Assembly (NCBI GenBank): GCA_018400815.1
Contig: JAGYLS010000028.1
Coordinates: forward strand, 1 to 21,027
DNA from: Candidatus Oleincola secundus
GTDB lineage: Bacteria; Atribacterota; Phoenicimicrobiia; Phoenicimicrobiales; Stramentimicrobiaceae
Length of the DNA: 21,027 bases
Direction of reading: 5' to 3'
How positions within the stretch are numbered: the first letter of the stretch is position 1; every line of letters starts with the position of its first letter. The notes below the pieces were generated by a model. It was not told the DNA's origin. It did not search any database and saw only the letters and a list, made by a program, of their open reading frames with translations. Shown one piece after another: positions 17,701 through 21,027 of the stretch. Made by a program: the position numbers and the translations under genes.

Positions 17701-18007
17701 TCCTAAGCCGTTACGTGCAAAAGATGCTAAAGATTTGGCTGCATATAAAATAGACAACAATTTATCCAGAACAGCATTCTTTGTTCCAATAGGAAAGAAA
17801 AAGAATGTATTATTGCCCCCAGAAAAGATAAGAGGTTACTACTCTAAGGTAGCGAAAAAGTTAAGACCATACAAAATAAAGTATGGAAAGAAGAAACAAT
17901 TAGTAAACGGTTTTATTGAGAAGAAGAAATATTTTCAAGATACAAAACAAGAAAGGCTACAAGCTAGTATGCTTAAAAGAAAATCTAAAAGGAATAAAAA
18001 TGGATAA
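14744..18007 (+). CDS. Very large Lys/Arg-rich protein, possible nucleoprotein/core or DNA-delivery protein
   Basis: 1087 aa, strongly basic, with coiled-coil segments and 11-aa Arg-rich repeats. TATA box at 14715-14722, 29 nt from the ATG. Function is inferred only. Confidence 0.75.
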   Translation: MVSTRNNSTRITKQQSTAYSRQLAARTQQALSQPYISRSRFAAESQQAQNDLNILLDKLSSTSNIKEQENILNNAPSSIKSQTNSIRNELKLQYNETLNNVTQDYNYAIKQRAKWRERVKDKSSAVNKQNFEKWDTRRNELNNILSEIKSGKTYSYDSIKNYIVSRGNYAGRQAFLKYEEKQARQTAQRQTMDEIKKAGLVSVIDRSGKLLGYRTPEKNYIEYRFDKSGNAKFYKSPTIKEIKVNGNIVGYKDTLTKQSIAKRDIEEHLKDRVIVESFIPKQIGTSMKTLELFKVNDIIDSINKNLVSYSPRNKLQRVINNVTGSLTKQGGRTKEFLSKYNVVEKTPPIKTGIRYFNSLMTVINPTFNTNFNNKYRKSLYANFGSGLVDAAMGTVYILEVLNRLTYDKSFRRNLGSSVMTIGSMPFTPEGQKQISISLNIYRKYRMGNDLKRLGNLLSTQPEKAVGYGAALIADLVIGTKVGKAASSFRKDIARKILNSNPRLLRVVNNKIVVNKRLILKLGGVQEGAESLSKQLARGGTRATAISAQSRKLVGLVKRKKVIRKPLPMNVEKKLSKNVQLALKKFDKGQLTNKEILNLNSALRQETKKLGVQAAGIDLLERSTYFDPDGLLRKSRLAIQKDLEYGNLFDLFSGKASIFARKSKPQILYIDEMIESLPKTKEFSSIRAKLSRANRLGSKANLTKKELAILSRWQVTPSGKLKAIGSTTFSGGIEREVTIAPKEAIKRVKRLGTVVIDGERIPIIAVKIVKGKENIRLLKIIENLKKKIKALRNKSKKLKTKSAKSRANLEVKKLEDKLDNIISKIEKSNAKKDLAFFLKERRIAKRTTLKKYPLGRRTLERASDVARLKSRRRTTTRRPVTRQRVAKRKPVTRQRVTKRKPVTRQRVTKRKPVTRQRVTTRRPVARQRVTTRRPVARQRVTTRRPVAQKKKVVIPSTRESYKQKKLMKSVNTYYVVEKKRGKFVKLYPKPLRAKDAKDLAAYKIDNNLSRTAFFVPIGKKKNVLLPPEKIRGYYSKVAKKLRPYKIKYGKKKQLVNGFIEKKKYFQDTKQERLQASMLKRKSKRNKNG
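17369..17581 (+). repeat. 33-bp in-frame tandem repeat, 6 full copies plus a partial copy
   Basis: Encodes R(R/K)PV(T/A)RQRV(T/A)(T/K). Units 2 and 3 are identical, as are units 5 and 6. Confidence 0.92.
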
Positions 18008-18045
18008 ATATTTAAATAAACAAGATATTGAAAGGAGGAAAGAAA

Positions 18046-18222
18046 ATGGCAAAAAAAATAAATTGGGAAAAACTAAAAAAAAATAAAAAGTCTATAGTGA
18101 ACTTTAGAAAAAAAGAAGGATTAGAAGGTGCAATCCATTATTCTGAAGGGTTATTAGGACTTGAACGAGGAGAATACACTAAAAATAGACCAAGAATAAA
18201 AAGAATAATTATGTCTTTTTAG
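18046..18222 (+). CDS. Small basic protein (58 aa)
   Basis: SD AGGAGG at 18033-18038 before ATG 18046. TTTAAATA at 18011-18018. Confidence 0.65.
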   Translation: MAKKINWEKLKKNKKSIVNFRKKEGLEGAIHYSEGLLGLERGEYTKNRPRIKRIIMSF

Positions 18223-18340
18223 TCTAAAAGAGATAGAAACATACAATCTTGGGAAATCCGATAGAAAAGGATTTAAACCAATATCTGGTAGAAGGTTAAA
18301 GAAATACAATAAAATATATAAGTCATAAACCTCTTAAAAA

Positions 18341-18481
18341 ATGAAACTTAAAATAGACGACGAGTATAAGAACGTTGATTTGTTAAGTTTTGTTAAATGT
18401 TTAATCTTATCTAGACTTATTATTTTTTTATTTTTTGGGGTTATAGTTGCTATCATAATGTTGGTTAGTATCTTGTTGTAG
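18341..18481 (+). CDS. 46-aa membrane peptide, not in the ORF track
   Basis: MKLKIDDEYKNVDLLSFVKC...IMLVSILL*. TATATAAG at 18315-18322. Confidence 0.55.
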   Translation: MKLKIDDEYKNVDLLSFVKCLILSRLIIFLFFGVIVAIIMLVSILL

Positions 18482-18530
18482 AGATTGTAATAAACAATAG
18501 ATATTTAAATAGTAGTAACTTATTATATTA

Positions 18531-19382
18531 ATGAAAAATAAATTAATATTTTTAAGTATATTATCTATAGCAATTTTTATATTATCTATAAATTTTTGTT
18601 ATGCAAAACCACCATTCACTACTAACGAATTTACAAACGACGGCTTAATAATAGAATATCCTAGTTATGGGGAGGTTAAAGTTAACCAGAGTTTTAAATT
18701 AAATACACATGTTTTTAATTATAGTGATGGGACAAACATCACTAACGAAACTGCCGGGTGTTTATTACATATTTATGCGTCAAACGGTTCACATATCTTT
18801 GAATCTGGAATGAATTTTAGTGTCGAGGATAACGATTTTTTTGTAACAATACCAGGTAATCTTTTCGTGTTAGGACATGCCGCTTATATTATACAATGTC
18901 AGACTTATGACGGTTCAGTTGGTGGTGCTGTTTCTGGGACGTTCTTAGTAACATTAACCGGTGAAACATTAGATAAAGAAGGGTATCATGGTGCACATAT
19001 TTTCGTTATAATTTTTATAATGAGTCTTTTTGTTGGTAACTTCTTCTTAGGTAAAAGTGTTAATTTAGAGAAATGGCATAATAAAATTAAAAGAGATTAT
19101 GAGGGTAGGAATTATGTTAAGCTAGTTTTAGGATCGTTAGGATATAACATAATGAAGAACAGCTTTGTTACTTATTATTTGATTGGATTATTATTGTTAA
19201 CAGCTATTACTTCTTTTATTGCGAACTTTAATATGGTTGCTATGTATGATGTGTTTAAGGTTATAATGAATATTTATCTAGTAGGAATAATTATTATAGG
19301 TTTATATTTCTTTAGCAATTTACAAGAATGGATAGTAGATATCAGAGACCAATTAAAGAATGAGATGTGGGGGATAGAATGA
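18531..19382 (+). CDS. Membrane glycoprotein: signal peptide, beta-rich ectodomain, three C-terminal TMs
   Basis: N-terminal hydrophobic leader, six sequons in the ectodomain, paired Cys. TATA box at 18504-18511. Confidence 0.75.
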   Translation: MKNKLIFLSILSIAIFILSINFCYAKPPFTTNEFTNDGLIIEYPSYGEVKVNQSFKLNTHVFNYSDGTNITNETAGCLLHIYASNGSHIFESGMNFSVEDNDFFVTIPGNLFVLGHAAYIIQCQTYDGSVGGAVSGTFLVTLTGETLDKEGYHGAHIFVIIFIMSLFVGNFFLGKSVNLEKWHNKIKRDYEGRNYVKLVLGSLGYNIMKNSFVTYYLIGLLLLTAITSFIANFNMVAMYDVFKVIMNIYLVGIIIIGLYFFSNLQEWIVDIRDQLKNEMWGIE

Positions 19383-19567
19383 ATGCACATAATGCTAGAT
19401 TAGAAAAAGAAGTGTTCGATTTTTTAGATAACATTAGGGCTAATAGAATAAAAAAAGGGACAGATATAAAACCTTTAAATTCTTATAATGAAATAATGAA
19501 AACAATAATAAAATATTTTAAAATCAATACTATTAATTATAATGATATGCTGGAGGTAGTTAAATGA
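19379..19567 (+). CDS. Putative ribbon-helix-helix DNA-binding protein
   Basis: ATGA-coupled on both sides. Pattern of strand (HNARL), helix (EKEVFDFLDNIR) and second helix (SYNEIMKTIIKYF). Confidence 0.5.
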   Translation: MNAHNARLEKEVFDFLDNIRANRIKKGTDIKPLNSYNEIMKTIIKYFKINTINYNDMLEVVK

Positions 19568-20130
19568 TTGAAGCATTAGATAATATGAGAGAGTATGGTG
19601 CTTTAACAGCTGTAATCGTAAGCATATTAGCAATATTTGTTAGTGGTTTATTCTTTGGTATTACATATTATACAATGGATGTTGTTCAAACCGGATTAGA
19701 AAGTGTTGAGTGTGATATAACAGAAAATGCGGTTGTCTCTTCATGCCAGGAACTCTTTGAGATGTCATTTTATCCGATACTAGAGTTAAGAGAAATCCTT
19801 GTATGGTTTAGTTACTTCTTCATATTTGCTTTAGTGTTAGGACTGTTAGTATTAGGCTATCAGTCTGGGAAGTCTCCGGTATTATTAGGCTTACTTATAA
19901 TTTTTATAATCATTATAACATATCTGGGTATAGAAGTGTCAAACATTTATAGAACGTTACTAGAGACAGATGTATTAAGAAACATGTTAAGCCCATTCGT
20001 CGTATATAATAAAATAATGTTATACTTCCCATGGTTTACTTTCTTTGTAGGAGTATTAAGCGTTATGCTATCAACAGTAAACTTCCAAAAGACAAGAATA
20101 AATAAGATTTCTGATGAACTAAATTATTAA
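19564..20130 (+). CDS. Four-TM membrane protein
   Basis: Four hydrophobic helices, with a Cys pair in the first loop. Confidence 0.75.
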   Translation: MIEALDNMREYGALTAVIVSILAIFVSGLFFGITYYTMDVVQTGLESVECDITENAVVSSCQELFEMSFYPILELREILVWFSYFFIFALVLGLLVLGYQSGKSPVLLGLLIIFIIIITYLGIEVSNIYRTLLETDVLRNMLSPFVVYNKIMLYFPWFTFFVGVLSVMLSTVNFQKTRINKISDELNY

Positions 20131-20180
20131 CTTAAAAGTAATATTAGAAACATTTAAATACTTCTAAAATATATATTTAT

Positions 20181-20300
20181 ATGGAAAAAAGATATATCGG
20201 TTTTGGTGTTAGCATAGTTTCGTTTGAAGATGGATCTATGTTTACAGAAACGGATGATGGTGATACTCAAATATTATATTGTAAGGAGAAAATAGAATGA
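20181..20300 (+). CDS. 39-aa hypothetical protein, not in the ORF track
   Basis: TATA box at 20153-20160, 28 nt from the ATG. Stop overlaps the next ATG (ATGA). Confidence 0.6.
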   Translation: MEKRYIGFGVSIVSFEDGSMFTETDDGDTQILYCKEKIE

Positions 20301-20743
20301 AAACAAAAATAATAAAAATAGATAATGTAGAGTATATTAATAAATGTCATTATGATAAACTCAAAGAAAAGAAAACAAAAATAATAAAAGAAAAACCAGA
20401 CTTAGATGACTTTATTATTACCACACCTATTAGTATATGGGGATTATTTCCTATGAAAAGATTAAATGATATAGAGAAAAAAACAGAAGTTAAGTATTTT
20501 CATCATAATGAGCGAGAAGTAGGGTTTTTGTATCCAAAAGATAAAACAGATAAATATCCTAGAATAAAAATAAAAAATAGTATTTATAATTATGAATATT
20601 TTATAAATGCTATGAATGTTATAAATGCTTTAGGAATAGATAAAGAATATAAAATAATGATGGCTAATGCAGATGATAAACCCTGCATTTTAGTTTTTGG
20701 AGAAATTGGAGTAATAATATCTCCAAGGGTGGAAGAAGAATGA
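20297..20743 (+). CDS. Protein with PCNA-like C-terminal motif
   Basis: YNYEYF...DKPCILVF...VIISPRVEEE resembles the C-terminus of PCNA. The ORF is solid; the family call is tentative. Confidence 0.5.
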   Translation: MKTKIIKIDNVEYINKCHYDKLKEKKTKIIKEKPDLDDFIITTPISIWGLFPMKRLNDIEKKTEVKYFHHNEREVGFLYPKDKTDKYPRIKIKNSIYNYEYFINAMNVINALGIDKEYKIMMANADDKPCILVFGEIGVIISPRVEEE

Positions 20744-20911
20744 AAATTAAAGAAACTAAATGTAAAAAATATATGGAATGGTAAATATAATCCATAAGAA
20801 GCAGAGGTTATTTCCTATGGAAGTTAATGGAGTAAGTGGAAAAGTAGACTTAACCTATATTCACAGACTGCGTCCAAATTTTGAAATTGGCTCGTTGGTC
20901 GGGAGAAACAA

Positions 20912-21027
20912 ATGAGAAAAATTGAAGTAGAAAGATTGTATTGTGATTGTTGTGGAAAAGAAGTAGATAATTTCTATTCAAGATTTGTTATTCCAAAAGC
21001 ATTTAGTGACCTTGAATATGAAATGTG
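20912..21027 (+). CDS. Zinc-finger protein, 3'-truncated
   Basis: MRKIEVERLYCDCCGKEVD..., open to the window end. Confidence 0.55.
   Translation, partial: MRKIEVERLYCDCCGKEVDNFYSRFVIPKAFSDLEYEM

Noticed and set aside
20740..20915. Short ORFs 20740-20784 and 20778-20915, possibly one frameshifted gene
   Set aside because: Too short and featureless to support a call.

Overview
AT-rich segment of an archaeal virus, with no cellular housekeeping genes. The backbone looks like an enveloped or extruded, probably spindle-shaped (fusellovirus/halspivirus-like) virus; the host is plausibly a DPANN archaeon (inference). It encodes a 5'-truncated glycoprotein spike/adhesin, several small membrane proteins, a 93-aa two-helix major capsid candidate, a Zot/pI-like ATPase operon, a tyrosine recombinase, a 1087-aa highly basic protein with 33-bp tandem repeats, an RHH-like regulator and a half-PCNA-like protein. 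Between the capsid candidate and the ATPase operon lies a precisely delimited 6284-bp transposon (3204-9487) with perfect 17-bp terminal inverted repeats resembling IS903 ends and a 9-bp target duplication (TTTACATAC). It carries an internal, frameshifted SWIM-finger/DDE transposase and an apparently intact Type III restriction-modification operon. Non-coding signals include a conserved TATA-to-ATG spacing, an iteron/palindrome cluster beside the recombinase, and two candidate structured RNAs (3116-3197 and ~14528-14711). All family assignments are from motif recognition by eye, without database searches.
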